A DNA stretch of 23,740 bases, from positions 1-23,740 of the forward strand of contig BAAFSQ010000154.1 in assembly GCA_054661495.1 (NCBI GenBank), given 5' to 3'. Position 1 is the stretch's first letter. Every line of letters begins with the position of its first letter. The notes below the pieces were generated by a model that saw only the letters and a program-made list of their open reading frames with translations, had not been told where the DNA came from and did not search any database. Made by a program: the position numbers and the translations under genes. This DNA is from Zygophlyctis sp. KS116. Its lineage: Eukaryota > Fungi > Chytridiomycota. Below are positions 1-12,738 of the stretch, one piece after another.

Positions 1-1659
1 TTTTTGTTTTCTGAAAGGGAACAGTCATTTAATGTGCTTCTTGAAAACACAAGAAAGAGATATGAAGCTTGGAAAGATCGAATTTGGGATAAGTCGGTTC
101 ATCCTATTCCTTTTCTTGCTAATGGGCCTGGGAGTGGGAAATCCCGATTCTTGCAAGAATTGTCTGGATCGTTTAAGGACTACGTCCAGAAATCTGATTC
201 AAATGATGGATTGAAAAAAATCCTTAATGAAGCGTTATATATCAATATAACATTTGGGCATGGCAGTACTTATTCTATGGCGGATGTTGAGTTTGGTTTA
301 GAAAAGGATATTTGTATACGCATACTAGAACAGGCCGACCCGCTCAATGGCCGTGCGTTTACTGCGCAATATGATGCAAATAAAGAGGGCGAAGGTCTCT
401 TGGCTTTTACTATTGACAAGGTATGTGGGGACGAATATAAGTGTCTTGTTCTTGCAATCGACGAAATCAACAAGATCCATTCGAATAACGAAGCTGCCTT
501 TAGAGAACTATTCAATGTCGTTGGTAAGCTATCAAGTTCATGCTCGATATTTGTTGTACCAGTTGTTGCCGGAACAGTGGTTGGTCCGATTAAAGACTTT
601 GTTTTGAAGTCTAGTTATCCTCCCTGCCGAATTCTTCTCCCACTACTATCTTTGGAAGCGTGTAAAACGATTCTGAAAACGAAGATTTCAGAATTGGATA
701 CTGAAGATAAGCGATTTATACAAGTAGTTTCTGATATTGGAGGACACTGTCGCTCGTTGGAATATCTTTATAATTTTTTAGTTTCGAAAAAATTCAACAA
801 GTCGTCGAATGGATGTTGGATTGATGCCGGAAATAAAGTTCGACACGAAATTCGCAATGCTTATAATGTAGAACATCGTGCACTTGGCCATGCCATGGCA
901 TACTCATTTCTTAATATTCCAGTTGATGAAACCGCAAAAGTTGGAGAAAATGCAACATTCTTGGACCTAGAAGAAGCTGGGCTCATACAATTGGAGCCAA
1001 AGAAAACTAAATTTTTGGTTAAAATTCCCTTTATGTTTTTGTGGTGTTATTTGGAGCGATATGACGAAGAATATTACGGCCATTTCTGGGCGTATATACT
1101 TATCGGAAAAGATATTGGCTGGCAGGAATGGGAAGTATTCAATCGGAACTATATTGCGTTTCGTATTTCTCTGTATGAATCTCTCGGGTATAAACAAGTC
1201 TCTCTACGTGACTTTTTCCAAGGTGCCATCGTCAATTTCTCTCAAGACATAATTGTCAAAATTCCTTCATTTGAAAAGCCCGAAATTATGACAGCGATTA
1301 AATACTATCATCGGCCAGAGATCAATGCTGAACCATATTTATTGGATGCCTTAGATGCAAAATTTGACGCTGGTACTTGGCTAGAATCAGCAAGCTCTGA
1401 ACGTATTTTGCTGATGGTGCAACAAATCAAAGAATCAAGTGGAACGAATTCTTTTGATGCCAAACTGATCAATTCAGAATATCAAAAAGCGAGATCTTCT
1501 GTTGTCACTCAAAACACAGATTTTGTTTTTGTGATGTTTTGCCGCAGAAATGGTAAATTTAAACATACAGATCTACCTGAGAACGCTGTCATAGTCTCGA
1601 ATGCACAGTTGCTAGATTTCTATAGAGAGCCATACTTTCAGCGATTAAGAAAGGTATAG
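1..1659 (+). CDS. Crinkler (CRN/CR)-type effector-like protein: P-loop NTPase plus C-terminal restriction-endonuclease-like domain; 5' end probably outside the window
   Basis: Frame open from base 1. Walker A GPGSGKS, Walker B LVLAIDE, GT motif (VVAGT), GGHCRSLE motif, then WQEWE...LRDFF.GA and a D...Q-x-K motif (FDAG...QQIK) resembling CR-REase domains. No intron is needed over 1.65 kb. Confidence 0.7.
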   Translation, partial: FLFSEREQSFNVLLENTRKRYEAWKDRIWDKSVHPIPFLANGPGSGKSRFLQELSGSFKDYVQKSDSNDGLKKILNEALYINITFGHGSTYSMADVEFGLEKDICIRILEQADPLNGRAFTAQYDANKEGEGLLAFTIDKVCGDEYKCLVLAIDEINKIHSNNEAAFRELFNVVGKLSSSCSIFVVPVVAGTVVGPIKDFVLKSSYPPCRILLPLLSLEACKTILKTKISELDTEDKRFIQVVSDIGGHCRSLEYLYNFLVSKKFNKSSNGCWIDAGNKVRHEIRNAYNVEHRALGHAMAYSFLNIPVDETAKVGENATFLDLEEAGLIQLEPKKTKFLVKIPFMFLWCYLERYDEEYYGHFWAYILIGKDIGWQEWEVFNRNYIAFRISLYESLGYKQVSLRDFFQGAIVNFSQDIIVKIPSFEKPEIMTAIKYYHRPEINAEPYLLDALDAKFDAGTWLESASSERILLMVQQIKESSGTNSFDAKLINSEYQKARSSVVTQNTDFVFVMFCRRNGKFKHTDLPENAVIVSNAQLLDFYREPYFQRLRKV

Positions 1660-1751
1660 ATTTATAGGAAGAAATCTTTGAATAGAACTATCGAATATAA
1701 AATGTTGCGCCTCTTCTGAAAGGCGGAAATTCGCACGTTTGAAAATTGTAA

Positions 1752-4700
1752 ATGAGTTTTTTATCGTTTGTGCCTTTTTGGAACTCCCTCTCAGAGAATA
1801 TTTCACAGCGGGTAGTTAAATTTATACTGAGTCAGTCCCTCGGAAAGTATTTAGATTTAGAGTCTGATATTGTGTTTGGGAATAACATTCAGCTTTCGAT
1901 GCTAAATATCAACTTGGATGTATGCATTCACTCTAAAAATATAGGCGGTCAATGAGCTTCTTGCCGATAGTCCTTGGGAAGCTGAGCATGGTAGGATATC
2001 AAGGCTGGAATTAGATATTCCGTGGTCAAATATGACGGGTGGAACGTTCCAAGTGGTCGTACATGGCCTAGAAATTAAGCTAAAGTTCAAAGACAAATTA
2101 ATGCGAAGGAGAAGTGGTATGAATCCTATTTTGATTTAAATAGAATCAGCAGAGTCTGATTTGTCAGCTTCCTTTTATATGGCCCAGGAATTCATTGCAC
2201 TGGCACGATCGGCGTCAAATTCATCTCCAGATTTAGAAGTAATAGATGCGATTACTGAAGCAGATGATCAAAATATACAAGACGAATTGGCAGGTGTGGA
2301 GCCTTTAGCCAAAATTATTGAAGGAATGGCGAGTAGATTTAAAGTTCTTTGTCATGACACGGTTTTACATCTTGATATAAACCTTCACGAGTCTTTAAAA
2401 CTATCGGGTTTAGAAATTAAAATACCATTACAGAAATTATCAAATGGAGATGATGATGCTGATAAAAGTTTTGCAAAGAAGCTCGTTATTGAAAGTATTA
2501 ATCTTTTTGGGATAGATTCAGATATTGGAAAGTTTTGGGTGGCAAGTCTCTCTGATTTATCAATTAAATTTAAAACATTGCAAAAAGTGGATAAAAAGGC
2601 ATTAAATATTTTTGCATCGATAAATAATGCAAAGATTCTTTTCTCCAAATCTTCATTAGCACATATAAAAGAAATTTCTGTATTGTTGGAAACGCTAGAG
2701 ATTTTTAAAACACAGGAAACACAAGATCAGTGTGTAGAAATGGAAAAATCAAATTCTGATTCGAGTTATCAATATTTTAATCCGTATAATCTTTTCTCTT
2801 CAGAGATACCTGGTGGTTTTGACAGGATTGAAACGACAGTAAAACATACGCCCGTTGTAGTATGGCAAATTAGCGCAGAGGTAGTTCTTTCTAAAGTAGA
2901 GCTACTTTACTCTCTTGAAGAGCGAGGTCTAGTGATTGAAAATCAAACATTTGATGAAATTCAGTCGGATTTTCTCTCTTTATCTCTACAAGAAGCAATT
3001 TTTATCAGGTCTCATTCTGGTAATAGCACATTTTCCTGTAAAGATTTAAACATTTCATATTTGGATCAGGATTCAAATTCCGTTTGTTCGATTTTGAGAA
3101 TAGATGATAATACCGAGAAAACAGGTTTTTGTGCCTTGTCTAGTACATATTCTAATAATGTATTTGATTTTCAATTTTTAAAAGGACTAAAAATCAATTT
3201 AAGCCGAAATATAATAACAACAATATCATCAAGATCAAGTTTATTTGCAAAAACTAATAATGGCGATAAAAAGAAAAAAGGGAAGACTCATTTTCAATTA
3301 ACGCTTACCAATATTTGTTTGATATATGATTTGGATTTACAGCTTCAAAGTACTGTTTTCATGATAGACTTGCATGACATATCGTTCAAGTCAAATGATT
3401 TCTGGGAATTAAAATTCCAGGGTGGCGCTATATCCTTTTTGAGTAAGATTATGATTTTTTGATTCAAGTTGAAGACAATTCTACAAAAGTGGTCTGTTTT
3501 TCTGGACTCGATGAAGCACAGCCTTGTAAAGTTCGCATGTCCGAAAAGTTGGAATCCATCTCTTATTTTATCAATGGTTGTCCGGAAGTTGCAAAGGATA
3601 GTGATTGGCATGACATTTCTGGCCGAAGAAAAGTCCATACCCCTAAAACGATTGATTTGTTTTCGCTAAAGGTAATATCCTGAGATTTTTGCTAAAAGCA
3701 GTGCATAAGCGTAGATATTCCTTGTCTTAGTATAACTATCGAATTATCTACGGCAATATTTTTAAAGGGAGTATTTGAAATATTGCAATCTACAAGCAAA
3801 GCATCAGAGGCAGATTCGCCTCAGAATATCACAAACAACCTAGGTCTATCTTTGGCGAGTGGTAAATAACAACCAATGATCTCATGATTAGTTACTTTTT
3901 TCTTGAATTCCGCTATGGGTGCTGCTGAAATTTCGTTTTCGAATGTCGATATTACTAATTTTAAAAGAGATGTAAATTAGCTTGGATTAAATTATAGTCC
4001 GCAGAATATTTCTATATTAGTTTTTTGGACCCAATATTAGCGCAGAAAGGAAAATCTCTTATACTTAGCTCAAGTGAACACGAGGCAGTAAACTAATGAA
4101 TATTCACTAATTCATAGAAAGTTTGTTTCAGACACAAGAAGCATATTGTGAAAAAAAATCCTCCAGAAGTTCATCACAGCGTAGTCGAATTCAATGGTAT
4201 ATTTCTAGACGGAAGTATAAGGACAAAATTAGATCCATTTCTCAAAGAATATTCCGCCTTATTTGATTTAAACCCAAATAAGACCAATGCGTATACGGTA
4301 AATTATATATCTAACAGTAAAGCCTCGAATCGCTAATAAATTATCCCATTGGCGGCTCATAATTAATAATTGTGGATTTTTCTTCCAATCCAAGACCGTC
4401 TTTGGAAAGGTGTCTATTTCATTGGCAGTGGTATTTATTTTTAAGCTGGTTTTAATCAACAGATGAAAGCTGATGTGGAATCAGGATCTCAAGAATTATT
4501 ATATGAATTAGAGGTCCAAGACTTAAAAGCCTTCTTCAGAAATCAAGAAATGGAGTACAAGCACCCTATTTTTTTAGCATCTTATTTAAATCTCATTATC
4601 AAGATTAATCGAAGTGTGAAAATCCCATGTACTCATGTAATATTAAATGTTATATCAATAATATAGATCCATTTGAATGGGAATGAAATTATTTCGGATC

Positions 4701-6455
4701 TTGATCCAAATTCGTATTATTTGATTCGCTGCTTCGCTGATGAATCTATAACTCGACCGGAGCCTGATTCTAATAACAACCCACTTTCAAACTATAAGGA
4801 TTCAGAAATTAAAGAATTATCAAGTAAGTTTCTTAATTTTGATAATCTAAAGATGACCTGAAAGATGATACTTACCGGCGCAAAAATGATTCATCACCAA
4901 AGCATCAATTGTTTTCATATGATGAGTTTCATGATGTTTCTGACGAGATAAGCTCGGAATTCGGAAAATTTTCGTTTGGTGCAGATGTAGAGGATGGCGA
5001 AGTAAAGATTCTTAGGCCGACTCCTTGGAGTATAGATGATAACTATTTTTTGAAGCTGCCTACTTCGACGCATGAACCGTAAGATTTTCGCTAAGACTCA
5101 ACTTAAGAGCTATAGCCATTCCGCTACTAGTTTCCCTAAAGAATATTAATCTATCGATTCGTCTTAGAGGAGATAACAGTCCTGAATTTAATTCTCTCGT
5201 AAAAAAAGGGTTGATGCTTCAAGAAGAAGCTCTAGATTTTGACTCAGAACTCTTAGATTCTTCTCCTAGCTTGGAAATCAAACTCCAAAATATGAATATG
5301 GAGCTTGAAACATTTAGAGAAATGATCATGTGCTTTCGTCTTCGTCTTACCGCTAAAGATATTGAAATTTTAGATCATTTAAATTCTTCGGAATTTACTA
5401 AATTTATGGCCGCAGTTGTTCCGGACTCAAATCAACGACCAAGAGAAACAAACAGAGACATGATTAAACTGGAATTCTCTCAACATAGCCCAAAAGACGG
5501 CAAAAGTGGGGTACTCGAACATAATATTAAGGTATTCTTTGAATTAAGGGCTCAAAATTTCTAGCTGGCCGTGTTTCCAATCAGATTACAGATTGATCAA
5601 AGAACTCTAGACTTTTTGATTAAATTCTTTGGAGACAGCAAAATTTCTTCAGAATCCTCTGGAAACTCGGATATTCCTGATGAAACCTTTTTTCGTATTT
5701 TATTTGAATCAACTTTAACAATTAGAGAGCGTGCAGATAACCCCCATAATATTTAAAATTGATTACAATCCAAAGACGTTTGATATGAGCGACTTTGCAT
5801 CTGGAAATTATGTAGAATTACTACATTTTTTTGCATTAGATGATTTGAAGTTAACTTTGGATTGTATAAAACTCTACGGTGTACTTTTTCACAAATTTAA
5901 ATGATTAGATTAAAGGATGGAAAAAATTGGGTGAATCAATCGGAAAGTACTGGATCCCAAGGGTATATAATACACAAATACCCAATTTAGCTTCAGGAAT
6001 ATCAGGAATAAGATCTGTGCTAAATTTGGGGACTGGCGTTGCCGACTTGATTCTCCTCCCTCTTGAAGAATATAAAAAAGAAGGAAAAGTTCTTCGAGGC
6101 TTAAGAAAAGGTCCGAAATATTTTATAAAAAGATAGGAGCCAAATCCCTGATACAAAACACAGCTGCAGAGAGTATTAAAATTGGCAGTTCTCTTGCGAT
6201 GGGAACCAAAATCCTCCTAGAAAAGGCTGAAGATATTTTTGAGGAAGGGTCAATTTCTACAAAATCTGAAAAACATTCTCATGGAACGGTTATAGCAATT
6301 CCAACCCATATATCAAATGGACAGGTATTAAATCTTGATTAAAAGAATAGATTCGTGCTGTTCCAATTGCAATTCTAAAACCAATGCGCAAATCTATAGG
6401 AACTCTAGGCCAATTGATGTCTCAAGTCTCTAAAGGACTCTCTGGAAAAGATTAA
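1752..6455 (+). CDS. ATG2: Autophagy-related protein 2 (lipid-transfer protein), about 18 exons, about 1400 aa
   Basis: N-terminal chorein-like segment (FILSQSLGKYLD...GRISRLELDIPWSN). C-terminal ATG2 motifs RPRETN, FPIRLQIDQRTLDFLIKFF, KIDYNPK, GIRSVLNLGTGVADLILLPLEEYKKEG and IRAVPIAILKPM. Seventeen GT-AG introns of 25-33 nt (e.g. 1920-1944, 2117-2143, 3442-3467) join the fragments into one frame ending TAA 6453-6455. Confidence 0.88.
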
Positions 6456-6458
6456 ATA

Positions 6459-7085
6459 CTATGCAATATTTTGTCTAACAACCTCATCAAATTGCTCATG
6501 CATTAAATCACAACCTAATTTCCCCAACTCTACTAGATCAGGCATTGCATCAGCAGACAATCTACCTTCTAAATGCGTTAACGCCAAATTCCCAGTCCTA
6601 GGTAGATAAGCAACTGTAAAGACTGGGAGATCCAAAGACTCTTCAGAATAATTCAGATCCAAAATTGGACACTTGTTTGACAATGATACTGAAACTGCAA
6701 CTAACCCGTCCTTCATCTCAATTCCAGCATCTATCAATGCCAAAGATACTGCATTACACACAGTAGCCAATAGACTTCCGTCATTTGCCAAGATCTGAAC
6801 CTGTACAGAAATTTCTGATGATTCAGGAAAGATGATTTGTTTAAATGTAGATTCAATGATTGCCTGTAAATCTCCTCCATCTCTTCCCTGTAATTTTCCA
6901 ACCACCACATGCATTCCACTCCTTTTCGACTCTCTTGGACCTAAAACAGACACCAAGACTCTAGTGTTTCCAACCGCCAAAAGACAAGATCCATCAGCGC
7001 CCCTGACAGTGTTTAGAATCACTACTGTTTTCCGAAGATCATTTGCTCTCCTTCCATCTCCTCTGAGTCCTTCTGGTGAGATCAT
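6459..7085 (-). CDS. RRP41: Exosome RNase PH-like subunit Rrp41/Ski6
   Basis: ISPEGLRGDGRR, ADGSC...GNTRV...GPRE, DGS...NAVSLALIDAGIEMKD, PILDLNYSEE; single exon. Confidence 0.88.
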   Translation of the reverse strand: MISPEGLRGDGRRANDLRKTVVILNTVRGADGSCLLAVGNTRVLVSVLGPRESKRSGMHVVVGKLQGRDGGDLQAIIESTFKQIIFPESSEISVQVQILANDGSLLATVCNAVSLALIDAGIEMKDGLVAVSVSLSNKCPILDLNYSEESLDLPVFTVAYLPRTGNLALTHLEGRLSADAMPDLVELGKLGCDLMHEQFDEVVRQNIA

Positions 7086-7141
7086 TGAGAAAAATTGTAT
7101 GAAGCCATGTTAGAGGGTTACCATCAGATTTTAACATCAAA

Positions 7142-7882
7142 ATGGATGAAAAGGTACCAGATCTGTCATAATTTTAGCCTAAATTTGTTCCTAATATTCC
7201 AGTCAGTAGGCCGGTGAGACAGGCGACGGCACCGAAAAAGGAAAGGACTACAAGGAAGAGAGTAGTAAAAAAGTCTGATCCGACAGAAGCAGTTGCGTCG
7301 GGACCATTTGCTCTTGGGCCGGCTAAAAGATCAGCCACAAAGATTGCCAGAAGTGGGTCGAGTATAAGTGCCGGAGTAAAGATCAAGTCGGAATCGTTTT
7401 CAGGGCAAAGTACAGAAAAATTATTTATAAATTCTGATGCTGAATCAGAACAAGAAGATTTGGAATTTGATGCTCTAGATCCCAATGCTCCTCTAAGCAT
7501 TTCAAATCAATCAAATCAATCAACGATCTCAATGCATGATCAGTTTCATCAGAATGATTTAATTCTGATTCAGGTTCCTGATATTCTTACGTCAATTATT
7601 GATTCTTCTTCCTCTTTAGAAGCAATTACTGAATCAGATAGTGTAACAGTAAAACAAGAGAATAATATGGTTCCAAATGTAAACAGTAAAAAGGGAAAAA
7701 TTGGTTCTTTAGTAATTCATCCAGATGGAAGAATGGAATTGCGTATTTCTTCCCTATCTTTTGATATTTCTAATGCTCCAGAGAGTCATTTACTGCAGAA
7801 ATTGGTTGTAATAGATGGCAAAATTGGTACAGATTTGGGAAAAGTATCTCAAAGGATGATGTGTACTCCACAAATAGACTAG
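7142..7882 (+). CDS. RPC53: RNA polymerase III subunit RPC4/C53
   Basis: ATG 7142 plus a 24-nt intron (7154-7177) gives MDEKPKFVPNIP. Also VASGPFALGPA, LILIQVPDIL, GKIGSLVIHPDGRMELRI and LGKVSQRMMCTP, typical of the Rpc4 C-terminal domain. Confidence 0.85.
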
Positions 7883-7901
7883 ATCAAAAATAAATGATTT
7901 A

Positions 7902-9649
7902 TCACAAGACTTCTAGTTTTTCAAGTTTAACATAGTCATGAATAACCTAAATCTTTTTAATAAAGTAAACTTACATCTAGAGCTTGTTTTAATTCCAAAT
8001 ATCTTCGAGCTTCAGACAGCCAATCAAGAGCTAGTACACGCTGCCATCCTCTTAAGCGATTAATTTGTCTTGCAGCAGAGTCAATATCACCGCTAGACAT
8101 GTATTCATATGAATTTTCAAGAACATTTCCAGTGATTTCTCCAATTGGGGATCGAGGACCAAAAGAAGAAATTAGATAAGAGATTACTCCACCATTTTCA
8201 GGCATGTATCTGATTCTGCTAATATCTTTTCTTAGTTTTAGAAACGAATCGACCAAATCTTTATATTCTGGCACTCCAACTACTGCTAAATCTTTAGGTA
8301 AAGATGACAAAATAGTAGAAATAAATGGATATTTTGAGCCTGCAAGCCATAAACGTTCAAACTCTTTTTCAATTGAGTGAGGAGAATTAGATACAGCTTT
8401 TGAGAGATTTTCTAAAGCTATTTCTATATTTTGTAACTTGTATTTTTGTTCAAGCCTCGACGCGATATCCTCTGTCACATTCTGAAGAACTTGAACTTTG
8501 ACAGTCAAGTAATCCAATTTTGCCAATCTTCCGTCCCTTTCCTGATCCAACTTTTCTTCAACAATTGCTTCCCATGACTTTTTAAGTTCCTGTTCTTGAT
8601 TCAAGAGTGCATTAGATTTTTCTGTTTCATACTCATTTCTAATATTTTCGAGTTTTAATTTTTCTTCCTGTTGCATCTGATTTGTATATAAAGTTTTAAA
8701 TTCATCAAGCTTTTCTGAATATTCCTTTTCTAGCTCTAAAGCATGAGATGTCATTGCATTAACTGAAGACTCCCATTGTTGTTCTAAAACCTGAGAAAAC
8801 TCTGACCCTTGTTCTTGTAAAGCCTTTGAAATCAAATCATCCTGTTCTTTTTGTAGATTTGAAACATTTTCAAAAACTGTTTCTAATTCCCTATAAACTT
8901 GATTCAATCTAGGCTGCGCCTATGGTATTATAAAAAGATTATTATTACATCTGGAACATCCGCCATCAAATCCCCTAAAACTATTCCAAGATCCATACAA
9001 CTCTTACCAAGATTATTCAATGTATTATTTCCCCCAAAATTCATTTTTAAACTTGAAAAATCCAGTTTAGGATCCAAAACCTGTTCATTTTTATCATTTG
9101 AAAATGCAACTTTAACATCGACCACATTTTTAGAATATAAATCTTCTTTTCCTAAACTTGAGACTAAATAATCTGCTTTAGGACCATTTGTAGCATCTAC
9201 AGTCTCATTAACCATTTCTGACACCTGACCCGTGATAGTAGCAGGCTCTACTAAACTGACATCTTCCTTTCTCTCTTCAGACTTCATTTCTGACTCTTCT
9301 TTTGAATCTAACCTCGATTTTTCTTCCAATAGTCCACGGTCATAAGCCATTGGCGGTTCCCATTTATCATTGACATCCACATAGTATTGTGAATAATCTA
9401 TGGCTTCACCCGGCTTTGCATCTTTTATTCTCTGTTGTAACATTGCTTGTGCTAGTCCTTCCAAATCTCTTAATCTAGTGAAAGTCTTGTCTTCGTCATT
9501 CGGTTTTCCAAAATATGGTTTTAACTTGTTTGTACACAAATCATTCTTGGCTGCTTCTCTGACAAGGACGATTGTCAATACACCCGCACCAAGAGCGGTT
9601 GAGACTCTCTATGATGAGTTGAACATTTACTTACAAGAAACTTGCCCAT
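7902..9649 (-). CDS. MIC60: MICOS subunit Mic60 (mitofilin/Fcj1), 4 exons
   Basis: N-terminal hydrophobic segment, long coiled coil (ERDGRLAKLD), PENGGVISYLISS and mitofilin C-terminus GDIDSAARQINRLRGWQRVLALDWLSEARRYLELKQALD. First intron 9609-9634; stop TGA at 7902-7904. Confidence 0.88.
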
Positions 9650-9727
9650 TTTAACTGCTGTGACTAGGAATTTTTAACGCAAACTCGTAAGTGCCAGCGG
9701 CTCTAAATATTTTATTTCTATTGTAAA

Positions 9728-12700
9728 TTATGCCATGCTGGACTTTATTCCAATCACTGATCCTTCATCAATAGATATACTTGCATTCGAAAAACTCTTG
9801 TAAATATTTGAAAATTTGTAGTAGTCATTCAAGGAGAGACTCGGACTAGATTGACTTTTAGCAGATTTAAAATGTAAATCAGTAATCAGACTCTAATAAT
9901 TTAAAATTTGTGAATTACATTTGGGTTTAAGGATTCCTGAACACATGCTAAATGTGCAGTATATACAAGTGATTGAATATCAGCGCCAGAATATCTTTCA
10001 AGAGATTCAGCCAAGTGTTTAAATTCAAAGTTGGGATCAAGGTTGATATTAGAACATATAGTTTTCATAATCTAAGATTAGATATAAAAAATACATCAAT
10101 TCTTTCATCAATTGAAGGGAAACCAATAAAGATAGACTTGTCTATTCTTCCTGGTCTGAGTAGAGCAGGATCTATCAAGTCTGGGCGTGATGTGGCTGCT
10201 AATATAAATACACCATCCAGTCCTTCAGCTCCATCCATTTGAGTTAATAGTTGATTAACTACACGGTCAGTAACTCCAGTATTGTCATTTCCTCTAGTAT
10301 TAATCAAGGATATTACCGTCGTGGGGCTAATGAATCAAATTCGTCAAAAAAGAGTACGCAAGGTTTGGCAGCCATGGCACGTTCGAATACATTTCTTACC
10401 TTGAATTTAGTATTTTTTTTAAAAAGTTACAGCTGCTTCACTAGATCCAATATATTTGTTTAATAATTCTGGTCCTTTTACAGTAATAAATGATAATCCA
10501 AATTCTGATGCAACTGCAGACGCTAATAAAGATTTTCCACATCCTGGATATCCATAGAGGAGAATTCTTGAAGTAAATAGAAATAATAATTACCCAGATC
10601 TGTATCTTATAGGACAAGATGAAAAGAGTGCAGCATATCGAACTGGCCATTCCAAAGTTTGGATCAGCATTTCCTTGGCTTCATTATAACCTCCTATTTT
10701 GTTAAATGAAACTTCCATTTTCTGTTCAGATTTTAGTAATGAATGAGGGGTGAAATCTAATACATCATCAGAAATAAATCACCTTTAAATGCTGCATCAA
10801 AATCACATTGCATCAAATTATTTTGCGATTCTGAATCTAGTAAACGTATTGCCATTTCATGAATAGCTCTTCGAACTAAAACTTCTAAATCACGAGGTAA
10901 GAATCCATTGCTCGCCATTTCTACATTTTCCCATTTAATTCCGCTAAATGACATTCCTTCTTTTCTTATCATAGACTGAATGATCTTTTGGATTAGATAA
11001 ATCAAAATACCTCTGATCTTTGACTACGATTTGGAGCATTTAATCTAAACTTTTGTCCAAAAAAGTGAGATTCAAGCATATATTTGTGAAGATTATTTGC
11101 GTCTTGTGCGGTGACTAGTACTGAAATTTGAAATCTGTCCATAAAACTAGATGCCATTTCACAAAATATCATGGCAATATGATAATTTCTAAATGATTCT
11201 GATTGCTATTCATTATAATTTTAAAACATACTCCGTCTTCTGCCAGACACAAGGAATCAAAATCATCAAATACCAAAACACAAGGTGAACGCCATGCAGC
11301 CTCTAAAAATAATTCCAAGAAAGTATTTTTAATTTTTGTCATGCCTTGGTTTACTAAATTCTTGCAATTGACTAAATTTGTATCTGGGAATTAATTTTTA
11401 TAATAAATATACAAGCAAAACATTCCTCATCTTTAGCAAGAAAAGAATTCAAGTATTTTGCTGTAAAAGTTTTACCCATTCCGTGCAATCCACAGAGTAG
11501 TACAGCCTTGAAATCTAAAATATTAAAAATCCAAAATTACTATAAACTCCAAGCCGTGATTGTTTATCAGTAAATTTCAAATTCGATTTTAAACAATCTG
11601 CTATTTTTGATATGAAATCACAATCATAATGATCCGGCATTTGATTTTCAGAAACCGTATCAGAGACGTAAAAAAGTCCAACTTTTTGCGAGTCTTGCTC
11701 CTTTTCCAATTTCCAATCCAAGAGTTTAATATTCTCTCTAGTCAATAATAGACAAGAACCCGAAAATTTCAACTGTACAGTCACACTTGATGAAATTTTT
11801 AAAAACATTCCATTAAATAAAACAACTCGGTCTTGCGATTGTAAAACCGAATCTAAGAATCCCATTAATTCATCCTTGCAATCACTAGAATCACCACAAT
11901 CACTTGAACCATTCTTGTAAACTACAGAAATTGACTCTTTTACTGTATTCGCTGGTTCAATCGGCCCTTGCACTCTATTAGAATCAATAATCATGAAAGA
12001 AAACCTAAAAATCTGATAATCAGTCTCTAAAAACCAAAATCCATCAGAAAAAACCAATTGCCCCGCTTGTAAATCTTTAGAAATTTCAACTATTGCATAA
12101 ACTGATTCATAATCCTTTTTATCAATTGACAAAAGATCAATTTGAACCACTTGTCCCCTTAATGAATTTTCCGACACGACCACCTTGTATCCTTCAAGTC
12201 CTGAATAATTAGGAATACATCTAAATTCCTTTTTAAAAGCCTCTACTTTCCTTAACGGAACTATTGCAACCTGAACTCCACTATTTAATTTTAGAGCACC
12301 TATAGTTTTTGGAAAAGTTGATTCAACCAAAACTTTAACAATAGAACCATCCTTGACTCTTAAAGGAATCTCCATACCATCATAAACAATTTGTACCTGA
12401 GATAGTATCTGATCCTGTAAATATTCCGCCTGAATTTCAATTATTAACCAATCTTTTATAGTTTTTGGAACAACAGTTATCCATTCTGCATCAATAGCAT
12501 CAACTTTTGTTAAAGTAACAATATCCCCATTCTTCCAATTTAAACATTTTAATAATTCTGTATTGAGTCCAACAGTATCTATTCCAATTTGACTAGTAAA
12601 TCCATTCCAACAAACGTATGCATCCTTGTCTTTAGAAATTCTAAAAACCACTAGTCCACTTAAACCATACTCCTGAGAGAGAATTATTGAATGATCAGCA

Positions 12701-12732
12701 ATAAATGGGGACTCTTGTATAGTAAATCTCAT
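9728..12732 (-). CDS. PEX1: Peroxisomal AAA+ ATPase Pex1, about 11-12 exons
   Basis: Pex1 N-domain ([33 protein letters not shown]). D1 GLHGMGKT and [14 protein letters not shown]2 [75 protein letters not shown]. Ends IGIKSSMA*. Confidence 0.93.
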
Positions 12733-12738
12733 TAAAAA

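Noticed and set aside
7082-7108. Upstream out-of-frame ATG (MASYNFSQ*) overlapping the RRP41 start
   Set aside because: It could be a uORF, but it probably lies upstream of the TSS given the very short spacers; nothing else supports it.
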